From Actinomycetota bacterium (GTDB lineage: Bacteria > Actinomycetota > UBA4738 > HRBIN12), in the NCBI GenBank assembly GCA_044869895.1, contig JBIOXZ010000088.1, positions 1-58,375 of the forward strand: a stretch of 58,375 nt of DNA. Reading direction: 5' to 3'. The translations under genes and the position numbers were made by a program. Positions 26,444-34,364 of the stretch are shown in pieces (positions within the stretch are counted from its first letter, which is position 1; the number at the start of each line of letters is the position of its first letter). Under the pieces are notes generated by a model, which saw nothing but the letters and a program-made list of their open reading frames with translations, did no database searches and had not been told where the DNA came from.

Positions 26444-26800
26444 ATGGCTGACAGCGCGAAGGAAGCGTGGAACCAGGTCGGCGACAGGTTCGGCGAGTGG
26501 AGTCGGCTGCTCGGCGAGAAGTACCGCAAGCGCGGCGAGGAGCTGGGGACGACCGCCGAGGAGGACCGTAAGAAGCTCGATGACGCGATCCAGACCGTGA
26601 CCCGCCAGGTCGACCAGGCGTTCACCTCGCTCGGCGAAACGCTCCGGGACCCTGAGGCCAAGCAGCATTTGAAGGAAGCCACGAAGTCGCTGGGCGACGC
26701 CCTCACCACGACGTTCTCGGAAGTCGGGGAGCAGATCCGGAGCAAGCTCGGCTCGTCGGGTTCGTCGGGTTCATCGGGTTCATCGGGTTCGTCCACCTAG
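26444..26800 (+). CDS. hypothetical helical protein with (Gly-Ser-Ser)n C-terminus
   Basis: 118 aa with AAAGGGG upstream. The charged helical sequence ends GSSGSSGSSGSSGSST, encoded by five 9-nt units at 26750-26794. It lies 40 nt upstream of the bactofilin gene. Confidence 0.6.
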   Translation: MADSAKEAWNQVGDRFGEWSRLLGEKYRKRGEELGTTAEEDRKKLDDAIQTVTRQVDQAFTSLGETLRDPEAKQHLKEATKSLGDALTTTFSEVGEQIRSKLGSSGSSGSSGSSGSST

Positions 26801-26840
26801 GCGGACCGACCGCCCGGGTCGTTTCCGATGGGAGGTGGCA

Positions 26841-27332
26841 ATGGATCGTTCGGATGATCGCTCCGAGGTCTCGGTGGTAGGTCCGGGGACGAAGATCGAA
26901 GGCACGGTGATCGCGGCCGGCTCCCTCAGGGTCGAAGGGGAAGTCAAGGGCAAGATCACTGCCGAAGGCGAGGTCTCGCTCACCCCTCAGGGTCGGGTGG
27001 AAGCCAACATCCAGGCCGGGAGCATCACGGCTGGGGGCCGGGTCAAGGGCAATCTGACCGCGAAGGGCAACGTCTCGCTGCCCGCCGACAGCCGACTGGA
27101 TGGAAACATCCGCGGCCACAACGCAGACGTCGGCGGCATCGTCATGGGCAGCATCCTGGTGAAGGGAACGGCCAAGCTCGGCCCCCGCGCCCGGGTGGAA
27201 GGCGACATCACCTCGAAATCCCTCGCGATCGCCGAGGGGGCTGTCTTCATCGGGCGCTCCAACATGGGCGAGGAGGCCACACAGCCGGAAGAGACGGCCC
27301 CGCGGGTGGAAGCCCGCCAGGGCGTTCCGTAG
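26841..27332 (+). CDS. bactofilin (polymer-forming cytoskeletal protein, DUF583)
   Basis: Beta-helical repeat pattern typical of bactofilins (GTKIEGTVIAAGSLRVEGEVKGKITAEGEVSL ... ARVEGDITSKSLAIAEGAVFIG). ATG 26841 has GGAGG 5 nt upstream; GTG 26835 is also possible. Confidence 0.9.
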   Translation: MDRSDDRSEVSVVGPGTKIEGTVIAAGSLRVEGEVKGKITAEGEVSLTPQGRVEANIQAGSITAGGRVKGNLTAKGNVSLPADSRLDGNIRGHNADVGGIVMGSILVKGTAKLGPRARVEGDITSKSLAIAEGAVFIGRSNMGEEATQPEETAPRVEARQGVP

Positions 27333-27341
27333 ACCCCCGAA

Positions 27342-28241
27342 GTGGCGCGCCCGCTCCGGGTTGGGATCCAACTCCCCGAAGTCGAGCGTGACGTCCGGTG
27401 GCCCGAGTACGTGACCATGGCTCGAGCGGCCGAGGCCGCCCGGTTCGACTCCATGTGGCTGGGCGACCACCTGCTGTACCGGGGCGACGGGCGCCCCGAG
27501 CGCGGGCCCTGGGAGGCCTGGTCCCTGCTCTCCGGGCTCGCCGCGGTCACCGAGCGGATCGACCTCGGCCCCCTCGTGGCCTGCCTGGCATTCCACCCCC
27601 CTGGAGTGATCGCCAAGATGGCCGCGACCGTGGACGAGGTGAGCGGCGGCCGCCTGATCCTCGGGGTCGGCGCGGGATGGAACGAGCCCGAGTTCAGCGC
27701 ATTCGGGATCCCCTTCGATCATCGGGTCTCCAGGTTCGAGGAGTCCTTCGAGATCATCCGCCGGCTGTTCTCCGGCGAGCGGGTCACGCTCGATGGCCGG
27801 TTCTGGCGGGCCGACGACGCCGTGATGCTGCCGAAGCCGGCACGGCGCCCGCCGATAATGGTCGGGAGCGCGGGCAACCGGGTCCTGTCGATCGCCCTGC
27901 CCCACGTGGACGCCTGGAACACCTGGTACGACAACTACGGCAACACCCCGGAAGGGTTCGCCACGCTGAACGCCAGGGTCACCGACGCGGCGGCCCAGGC
28001 GGGGCGGCGGCCGGAGGAGATCGCACGAAGCGCGTGCGTCCTGGTGGTGCTCGACCCGGCGGCCGTCGATCGCCCGGTCGAGGATGGTGTCACGCCGCTC
28101 GAGGGCACCCCCGAACGCATCGGGGCGGGCCTCAGGGACCTGGCGGAGGCGGGCGCGGACGAGGCCATCGTGGTGGCCAACCCCATCACGGAGCGCTCCA
28201 TCCTGGCCCTCGGCGAGGCCGTGGCCACCCTGGATCCCTGA
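27342..28241 (+). CDS. LLM-class F420/flavin-dependent oxidoreductase
   Basis: Motifs are RVGIQLPEVE, FDSMWLGDHLLYR and ILGVGAGWNEPEFSAFGIPFDHRVSRFEE. It is the second luciferase-like paralogue in the window. Confidence 0.85.
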   Translation: MARPLRVGIQLPEVERDVRWPEYVTMARAAEAARFDSMWLGDHLLYRGDGRPERGPWEAWSLLSGLAAVTERIDLGPLVACLAFHPPGVIAKMAATVDEVSGGRLILGVGAGWNEPEFSAFGIPFDHRVSRFEESFEIIRRLFSGERVTLDGRFWRADDAVMLPKPARRPPIMVGSAGNRVLSIALPHVDAWNTWYDNYGNTPEGFATLNARVTDAAAQAGRRPEEIARSACVLVVLDPAAVDRPVEDGVTPLEGTPERIGAGLRDLAEAGADEAIVVANPITERSILALGEAVATLDP

Positions 28242-28341
28242 TCGGCCCGGAACGTCAGGCACCCAGAGTGTGCAAGGCTGCCCAGCCTCCTCGCTGACGC
28301 AACGAGGGCACAACCAATCGAGATCCTGCATGCACGTGCGT

Positions 28342-28371
28342 TCCGGGACCGACGAAGCGTCGGTCCCGGAC
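28342..28371. terminator. perfect 13-bp hairpin between convergent genes (bidirectional terminator candidate)
   Basis: TCCGGGACCGACG-AAGC-CGTCGGTCCCGGA read directly. It lies 100 nt after the LLM stop (28241) and 19 nt after the mini-ORF stop (28390). Confidence 0.55.
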
Positions 28372-28389
28372 CGCACCCAAGACCCTCAG

Positions 28390-28527
28390 CTAGTAAAGGC
28401 CACCACCCGAGCCGCCGCCCGCCGTCGCCGCCAGCACGATCGCGAGGGCGATCACTGCGCCGATGGCGAGAGCGACCACGAGGGTCTTCCTCCAACTCCA
28501 GCCACGTCTTCCTTCGGATGTCGCCAT
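28390..28527 (-). CDS. 45-aa single-pass membrane mini-protein (hypothetical)
   Basis: This ORF is not in the supplied track (<60 aa). Hand translation gives MATSEGRRGWSWRKTLVVALAIGAVIALAIVLAATAGGGSGGGLY. GGAGG lies 5 nt upstream of ATG 28527, positive charges precede a 20-residue hydrophobic helix, and hairpins flank the gene. Confidence 0.5.
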   Translation of the reverse strand: MATSEGRRGWSWRKTLVVALAIGAVIALAIVLAATAGGGSGGGLY

Positions 28528-28622
28528 ATGCACCTCCGATCACCACCCGTCGCTTCCATCGATCTTGTCGCGACACCTATGCGCTTCAACACTGAGAGCG
28601 CTGCAGAGCTTCCGATCGAGCT

Positions 28623-28638
28623 TGTGATCTACATCACA
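28623..28638. promoter_or_regulatory. perfect CRP/GlxR-type box TGTGA-TCTACA-TCACA
   Basis: Read directly. It matches the TGTGA-N6-TCACA cAMP-receptor-protein consensus with no mismatch. It lies about 100 nt upstream of mini-ORF ATG 28527. A weak TTGAAG-N16-CAAGAT promoter-like pair lies between them on the minus strand (28589-28562). Confidence 0.5.
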
Positions 28639-28730
28639 GAACCGCGCGGGGGTCCGGGACGAACAAGGGCAACCGTGTCCCGGAGTCGCCACGACTTCGA
28701 TCCCCACCATGCCCGCTTGCGGGAGTGCTT

Positions 28731-30056
28731 TCAGGCCGCGTACGTCCAGTCCGGCCGCTTCAGTCGGTACCGGTCGTCGTAGATGAACCGCCCCGCCGAG
28801 GGATCGAAGTCAACGATCTTCGGCAGGACGAGGTCCCTGGAGCTCGGACAGGGCCTCGACACATGCGCGGCGAATTCCTCGCCGAACGTCTGCAGCAGGC
28901 TCTGCACGAGCAGGCTCTCCCCGGTGGGGAGGGCACACTTCTGGCCGTCGGTCACGGTTTTGGCCCGCGCGAGCACCGTGTCGAGATCGGCGATGTCTCC
29001 TTCACCCCGTTCGAATCGATCCAGCAGGTCGGTGATCTCACCCGAGCCCAGCTTGCAGGGCGGGCACTGCCCACACGATTCCACGTACAGGAAGCGCGAG
29101 AACAGGGCGGCCACCCGAACGATGCACGCCGACTCGTCGAAAACGGCGAAGCCTCCCGCGCCAAGGCCGGAGCCGACCTCCCGTATGGACTCGAAGTCCA
29201 GGGGCGTGTCAAGCTGCTCGGGGATCAGGGCAGTGCTCGAGGCACCAGGGATCACAACCTTGATGGAGCGACCCTCGCGCGGACCGCCTGCCGAGCCCTC
29301 GATGAGCGAGCGGAGGGGCGTGCCGAGGGGCAGTTCGAAGACGCCCTCGACGCGAACGTCCGTGGCGACGGTGAACAGCATCGTTCCCGGTGATGTCTCC
29401 GTGCCGGACGAACGGAGCCAGTCCCGACCGTTGGCGACGATCTGGGGCACGTTTGCCAACGTCTCGACGTTGTTCACCAGCGTGGGGTTGCTCGTCTCGG
29501 CCGTGGCGAAGAGACCTTGCATGAAGGGTCGGAGGATCCGGGGCAGGGGTTCCCGTTGTTCGATGACCTCGAGCAGCCCGGTCTCCTCGCCCAGCAGGTA
29601 ATGGTCCGGACCCACGACGATCTCGACGGGGATGCCGGCCAGGGCATCGGCCGCGTCCATCTCGCGGAGGGCACGGATGAGCGACTCCGTCTCGGCCGCG
29701 AAGATCTCCTTCAACCCCACGTATGCGCGCTCGGCCCCCACGGCGTACGCCGCGATGGCCAGGCCCTCCAGAACCTGGTACGGGTTGGTCCGCATGAGGA
29801 GGCGGTCCTTGAATGTGGCCGGCTCGCCTTCCGCCGCGTTGCAGACCGCGTATCGGATCCCGGACCCGGTATCCCGGATGGCCCTCCACTTCTCGCCGGT
29901 AGGGAATCCGGCCCCGCCGCGACCCCTGAGTCCGCTTCCAGTGACCTCCTCGATCACTGCTGCAGGCGTTGAGGACACGGCTCGTTCGAGGCCCCGCAGG
30001 CCTCCATCGGCAACGTAGCTCTCGAGCGACGTCGGCGCGATGCCGAGTAGGGCCAT
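28731..30056 (-). CDS. NuoF-like NADH dehydrogenase flavoprotein (FMN + 4Fe-4S), stand-alone
   Basis: ATG 30056 inside ORF 28731..30194. NuoF/51-kDa signatures are present: GLRGRGGAGFPTGEKW, VCNAAEGEPATFKDR, LVNNVETLANVP and the cluster motif ESCGQCPPCKLG...KCAL. No NuoE or NuoG homologue lies nearby. Confidence 0.85.
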   Translation of the reverse strand: MALLGIAPTSLESYVADGGLRGLERAVSSTPAAVIEEVTGSGLRGRGGAGFPTGEKWRAIRDTGSGIRYAVCNAAEGEPATFKDRLLMRTNPYQVLEGLAIAAYAVGAERAYVGLKEIFAAETESLIRALREMDAADALAGIPVEIVVGPDHYLLGEETGLLEVIEQREPLPRILRPFMQGLFATAETSNPTLVNNVETLANVPQIVANGRDWLRSSGTETSPGTMLFTVATDVRVEGVFELPLGTPLRSLIEGSAGGPREGRSIKVVIPGASSTALIPEQLDTPLDFESIREVGSGLGAGGFAVFDESACIVRVAALFSRFLYVESCGQCPPCKLGSGEITDLLDRFERGEGDIADLDTVLARAKTVTDGQKCALPTGESLLVQSLLQTFGEEFAAHVSRPCPSSRDLVLPKIVDFDPSAGRFIYDDRYRLKRPDWTYAA

Positions 30057-30112
30057 ATCCACCTTCCCTCGCGAACGGCTGCGCGGAGCCCTCCGCTCCC
30101 ATTTCCTTAATC

Positions 30113-30304
30113 CTACGGAGGACGATCGCGTCGGAGGCCGCGGGCAAGGACCGCCAGGCCGGCCAGGACGCAAGCGGCGCCGATCCAGCCCCAAAAGGCC
30201 TTACCGGTCATGAAGCTCCCCTCCAGCACGCCCAACCCCTGCAGGATGAACACTCCACCAACCACGATGAGGCCGATGCCGACCGAGACGAGCGACACTC
30301 GCAT
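30113..30304 (-). CDS. small two-helix membrane protein (hypothetical)
   Basis: 3' 63 codons of the spurious 1006-aa ORF 30113..33133: MRVSLVSVGIGLIVVGGVFILQGLGVLEGSFMTGKAFWGWIGAACVLAGLAVLARGLRRDRPP. It sits between the 30331..31311 gene and the NuoF-like gene on the same strand. Confidence 0.45.
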   Translation of the reverse strand: MRVSLVSVGIGLIVVGGVFILQGLGVLEGSFMTGKAFWGWIGAACVLAGLAVLARGLRRDRPP

Positions 30305-30330
30305 CCCATCAGTGTGAGGGATGGCGACGA

Positions 30331-31311
30331 TCAGGTGGTCGCACGGCCCGATGGCGGCGGCGCGTAGATCCGAGGACGTGAGGGGCGCCTCCGCCTCTCC
30401 AACCTCACCGCCCAGATCCCAACGGCCAATACGATCCCCGCACCGGCGAGCTGCACCCACGGCCCGATCCCCATCGACACCGTGACGAGCGCCCCGCGGG
30501 CGCGCAGCACCGACCTCAACTGACCGAGCTGGTCCGTGAGGTAGACGAAGGTGATGAACGAGGCGATGAGCGATCCGAGGCCCAGGCTGCGGAGCAGCTG
30601 AGGGCTCGTCTCGCGACGGCCGTACAGATAGAGCAACGCCACGACGACGATGGCGACCGAGAACCCGATGCTGAGGATCGGTGCGCCGCCTTGGGCTCCC
30701 GTGAGGTTGTCGGTCTGCGCTCCCCCGACCACGATCCAGGGAAGGAAGTAGCCAACCGCCCGAACGAGGCCGCCGACCGCCGCGAGGACGCCGATCGTGG
30801 TCCGATTCGCCTCCAGGCGATCGGCCTCGTCGGGATCGAGGGTGGGCGCGCTGGGCGAAGGCGCGCGCAGCACGTCGGGTGTGGGAGGCAACGCCCCGAC
30901 CGTCAGCACGCGCACGACTTCGGTAGCCGCCCCTCGCTTGGACTTGGACGCCTCGAGCTCGACCCGCCGGCTCTCCGACGGGACCTCGATCGTGAGCCGC
31001 ACGGTGACCGCCTTCGTCTCCGAGCTGACGCGGAGCGCCGCCCGGGACCACGCGGCGAGCTGCCGCTTCGCCTTCCACCCGAACCCCGAGCGAGCGTCGA
31101 ACACGAGCAGTCGGGTCGGCGTGACCACGAGCATCAGGTAGCGGCGGAATGCGAGGCCGCTCGCCTCTCGCTCCTCCCGGGCTCGCCTCCGTGCCGAGAT
31201 CTCCCCGAAGTCCGTATAGCGGGCTGCGAGCGTGCCCGCCGCCTGGAAGATCCCGGCGGCCAGGACCTCCTCCCCGGGCACGGCACGGCGAGCGGAGGAG
31301 ATGACGCTCAT
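30331..31311 (-). CDS. membrane protein with N-terminal PH-like soluble domain and C-terminal multi-TM region (hypothetical)
   Basis: 326 aa. The N-terminal 150 aa or so has a beta-rich pattern (RYLMLVVTPTRLLVFDARSG ... AVTVRLTIEVPSESRRVELEA) reminiscent of bacterial PH domains; this is inference. The C-terminal half has 4 hydrophobic helices. Confidence 0.55.
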   Translation of the reverse strand: MSVISSARRAVPGEEVLAAGIFQAAGTLAARYTDFGEISARRRAREEREASGLAFRRYLMLVVTPTRLLVFDARSGFGWKAKRQLAAWSRAALRVSSETKAVTVRLTIEVPSESRRVELEASKSKRGAATEVVRVLTVGALPPTPDVLRAPSPSAPTLDPDEADRLEANRTTIGVLAAVGGLVRAVGYFLPWIVVGGAQTDNLTGAQGGAPILSIGFSVAIVVVALLYLYGRRETSPQLLRSLGLGSLIASFITFVYLTDQLGQLRSVLRARGALVTVSMGIGPWVQLAGAGIVLAVGIWAVRLERRRRPSRPRIYAPPPSGRATT

Positions 31312-32953
31312 GATGGCCTATCGGCAGGGACCAACTTCCCTTGAGCCCACGAATGTTCCCGGGGTGAGGCACAATCGAGCGGTGAGGCGGAGCCGGAATT
31401 GGTGGCCGGGGGCCGTGGCCGGCCTGGCCGGTGGGGCGGCCGTCACCCTTGCGGGCGCGCTCCTGCACACGCTGGTTGCCGCTGTGCCGTTCCTGCCGAT
31501 CGCCATCGCGCAGGTGCTTGTTCGGACGACGCCGGGACGCTTCGACAGCTTCTTCATCGATCGCCTGGGCCACGGAGCGATGCAGCTCGCCATCATCGGC
31601 ACGTGCATCGCCTACCTGGTCCTGGCGGCGGCGTTCGGCGTGGCCATCCCCTGGGTGAGGCGAATGCTCCTGCCCCTCGGCGCGGTGGCCCGAACCGCCG
31701 CAGGCCCGATCGCCTTCCTTCCCCTGTGGGTCGTCTCGGTGGTCCTGTACCCGTCCAACCCGCAGTGGGTGGGCCGGCTCGCCTTCGCGTTCATCACGCT
31801 GCCGCTGTACGTGGCCGGCGGCGCCGTCGCGGAGTGGGCCCTGGACCGACTCACCGCCCAGCCGGCCGAGCAGGCCGCCGATCCCACCCTCACGCGCCGC
31901 TACTTCCTCAGGGCAGCCTGGTTCGGTGCGGCCGGCATGCTGCTCGGCGTGTCCCCCCTCGGCGCCCTGATCTTCCGGCGGCCCGACCCGGGAGAGCAGC
32001 GGCTGCGCGGCGTGTCGGCGACGCCGTCCCCGGTCCGTCGGACGCCGCAGGATGCGCAGTTCGCCAGGGTGGCCGGGCTCACGCCCGAGGTCACCTCGAA
32101 CGACGAGTTCTACGTGGTGAACGAGGACGTGATCCAGCCGGACATCGATCCGGCCGAGTGGCGCCTGTCCGTCGGCGGCCTGGTGGACCGCCCGCTCACC
32201 CTGACCTATGAGGACCTGAAGTCTCTCCCGGTGGTGGAGCGATACCAGACCCTCGAGTGCATCAGCAACAAGCTCGGCGGCCACCTCATGTCGAACGCAG
32301 CGTGGGTCGGCGTGCCGGTCGCCGAGATCCTCGATCGCACCGGCATCGGTTCGGGCGCGGTCGAGGTGGCGTTCGGCTCCGCCGGCGGCTACTCGGACAG
32401 CATGAGCGTGGCCAAGGCGCTCGACGAGACCACGCTGATCGCGTTCGGCATGAACGACTTCGTCCTCCCCCGGGCGCACGGGTTTCCCGCGCGGGTGCTC
32501 GGCGTGGGCACGTACGGGATGAAGAACCCGAAGTGGCTCACGAACATCGAGGTGGTGGGCCGCCCGTACCAGGGGTTCTGGGAGCAGCGCGGGTGGTCCA
32601 AGCCGGCCCTGGTGAAGACCACTTCGCGCATCGACACGCCCGAGGACGGGGCCACGCTGAGCGGCGACGTCGTGCCGATCGCGGGGGTGGCCTTCGCCGG
32701 CGACGAGGGCATCGTGCGGGTGGAAGTGTCGACCGACGGGCGGCGCACCTGGAACCAGGCCCTGCTGAAGACGGCCCTGTCGCCCTACACCTGGCGGTTG
32801 TGGCTGTACCAGTGGAGCCCGCCGGGGCCCGGCCAGTACTCCATCTTCGTCCGGGCATACGACGGCACCGGCGCCGTGCAGGTCAAGGTGGAGGCTCCGC
32901 CGTTCCCCACGGGAGCGAGCGGCATCGACGGGATCAGCGTGACGGTGGCTTGA
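31301..32953 (+). CDS. membrane-fused molybdopterin-dependent oxidoreductase (sulfite-oxidase family: Moco-binding + dimerisation domains)
   Basis: An N-terminal region of about 200 aa carries 5-6 TM helices. Next come TRRYFLRAAWFGAAG and SUOX-family motifs (RYQTLECISNKLGG, AHGFPARVLGVGTYGMKNPKWL). A C-terminal Ig-like Moco-dimer domain follows (VPIAGVAFAGDEGIVRVEVSTDGRRTW). The start is ambiguous (ATG 31301, 31310 or 31313) and lies back-to-back with the divergent gene start at 31311. Confidence 0.85.
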   Translation: MTLMMAYRQGPTSLEPTNVPGVRHNRAVRRSRNWWPGAVAGLAGGAAVTLAGALLHTLVAAVPFLPIAIAQVLVRTTPGRFDSFFIDRLGHGAMQLAIIGTCIAYLVLAAAFGVAIPWVRRMLLPLGAVARTAAGPIAFLPLWVVSVVLYPSNPQWVGRLAFAFITLPLYVAGGAVAEWALDRLTAQPAEQAADPTLTRRYFLRAAWFGAAGMLLGVSPLGALIFRRPDPGEQRLRGVSATPSPVRRTPQDAQFARVAGLTPEVTSNDEFYVVNEDVIQPDIDPAEWRLSVGGLVDRPLTLTYEDLKSLPVVERYQTLECISNKLGGHLMSNAAWVGVPVAEILDRTGIGSGAVEVAFGSAGGYSDSMSVAKALDETTLIAFGMNDFVLPRAHGFPARVLGVGTYGMKNPKWLTNIEVVGRPYQGFWEQRGWSKPALVKTTSRIDTPEDGATLSGDVVPIAGVAFAGDEGIVRVEVSTDGRRTWNQALLKTALSPYTWRLWLYQWSPPGPGQYSIFVRAYDGTGAVQVKVEAPPFPTGASGIDGISVTVA

Positions 32954-33056
32954 GCAGTTCGCCCTTGCCCCGTCGAGCTTGAGCGCAATGGATCGAATTT
33001 GAACTGTGGGTTTATCCCGCATTACCCTTCCGGTAACGGAGATCGAGGAGGAGTTG

Positions 33057-34331
33057 ATGATCGGGACGAGACTGCGGCGACTGCGCCTGGCCAGGGACCT
33101 CACCCAGCGCGAGCTGGCGGAGCCCAAGTACACGCACGCCTACGTGAGCACCATCGAGGCGGGCCGACGGAATCCATCGCGGGAGGCCATCGAACACTTC
33201 GCGGCCAAGCTGGACGTCGATGTGGACGAGCTCCTGACCGGCAAGCCGGCGGACCTCGAGGCCAGGCTCAACGCTCGGTTGCTGGAGGCTCGGATCGACC
33301 TGTCGGCCGGACGCCTGGATGGGGCGGACGAGGCCCTCGGCTCGATCGCTCGGGAGGCCAAGCGGTACCGCCTTTCGAGGATCGAGGCGAAGGCGGAGGA
33401 TGCACGGGGCTTGTTGCTCGAGCGCCGGGAGAAGCCCGAGGAGGCGCTTCAGCATTACCAGCGAGCGGAGGAGATCGTCCGGTCCGGGCCCGCCGATGCG
33501 CTGGCGGACGCGGTGGCGGGGAAGGCGAGGTGCTTCCAGGCCCTCGGGGATGTGCGATTCGCCATCCACATCCTGGAGAGCCTCGTCGACTCGCTCGATC
33601 GCGACGGGATCCGAGACCCGAACGCGCTGACTCGCCTGTACTCATCTCTGCTCGACGCGTATATGGACGCCGGACTCGTGGAACGGGCGGCGGGAGCGGC
33701 CACGGAGTTGGAGCGGCTCGGCCCCCATCTGACCGACCCGGTTCGGATCGGCCAGATGCATATGCACGTCGCGCACATCTACCTGGTGCAGGGCCGAGTG
33801 GAGGATGCCCAACACGCGCTCCAACGAGCCGAGGATGCGCACCGTCAGCTCGGCCTCCAGACGGAGACCGGACATGCCTACCTGGCCAAGGGCTTCGTCA
33901 AGACGCGGGACGGCAGGCTCGACGAGGCTCGCCAGGATCTGGAGCGCGCGCTGGCGATCTTCGAGGAGACCCGGGACGAGAAGGATCTCACACGAACGCT
34001 GAACGAGCTGGCGAGGATCGAGCGGCTGAAGGGTCGTACGGATCGGGCCCGGGAGCTCCTGGAACGGTCGATCTCGATCATGGGCGATAACGACACGCCC
34101 ATCCTGGCCTGGGCTCACCGGGAGCTCGGGCTCGTCCTTACCGACTCGGAGCCCGACAGCGCGGAGAAGAGCTTCCGTCTGGCGATCGATCTGTTCGAGC
34201 GGTCCGGGCAGTCCGTGGAGATCGCGGTGACCTATCGAGCGCTCGGCGACCTGCTCCGCGCCCGAGGCGAGGGCGAGGCGAGCTGCGAGGCCTACCGAAC
34301 GGGGATCCTCGCGCTCGAACCGAAGCTGTAG
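33057..34331 (+). CDS. XRE-family HTH transcriptional regulator with TPR-like C-terminal domain
   Basis: ATG 33057 has GAGGAGGAG upstream. The HTH is IGTRLRRLRLARDLTQRELAEPKYTHAYVSTIEAGRRNPS. About 350 aa of helical-repeat sequence follows. Confidence 0.85.
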   Translation: MIGTRLRRLRLARDLTQRELAEPKYTHAYVSTIEAGRRNPSREAIEHFAAKLDVDVDELLTGKPADLEARLNARLLEARIDLSAGRLDGADEALGSIAREAKRYRLSRIEAKAEDARGLLLERREKPEEALQHYQRAEEIVRSGPADALADAVAGKARCFQALGDVRFAIHILESLVDSLDRDGIRDPNALTRLYSSLLDAYMDAGLVERAAGAATELERLGPHLTDPVRIGQMHMHVAHIYLVQGRVEDAQHALQRAEDAHRQLGLQTETGHAYLAKGFVKTRDGRLDEARQDLERALAIFEETRDEKDLTRTLNELARIERLKGRTDRARELLERSISIMGDNDTPILAWAHRELGLVLTDSEPDSAEKSFRLAIDLFERSGQSVEIAVTYRALGDLLRARGEGEASCEAYRTGILALEPKL

Positions 34332-34340
34332 AGAGGCTGA

Positions 34341-34364
34341 CGCCGCTCAGGTCGCTGAGCGGCG
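34341..34364. terminator. 10-bp perfect hairpin at the convergent junction
   Basis: CGCCGCTCAG-GTCG-CTGAGCGGCG read directly. It starts 10 nt after the XRE-TPR stop and overlaps the last codons of the minus-strand gene 34347..34787. Confidence 0.5.

Noticed and set aside
30113-33133. A 1006-aa minus-strand ORF, the longest apart from the GGDEF-EAL ORF. Other long antisense or alternate-frame ORFs are similar (1231..2559, 5096..6532, 48921..50339, 20555..22330 upstream part, 38226..39344).
   Set aside because: Their composition is dominated by Arg, Pro, Gly and His with no recognisable motifs. They lie opposite or out of frame with genes that have clear family signatures. Only the 3' 63 codons (30113..30304) of the 1006-aa ORF form a plausible small membrane protein.
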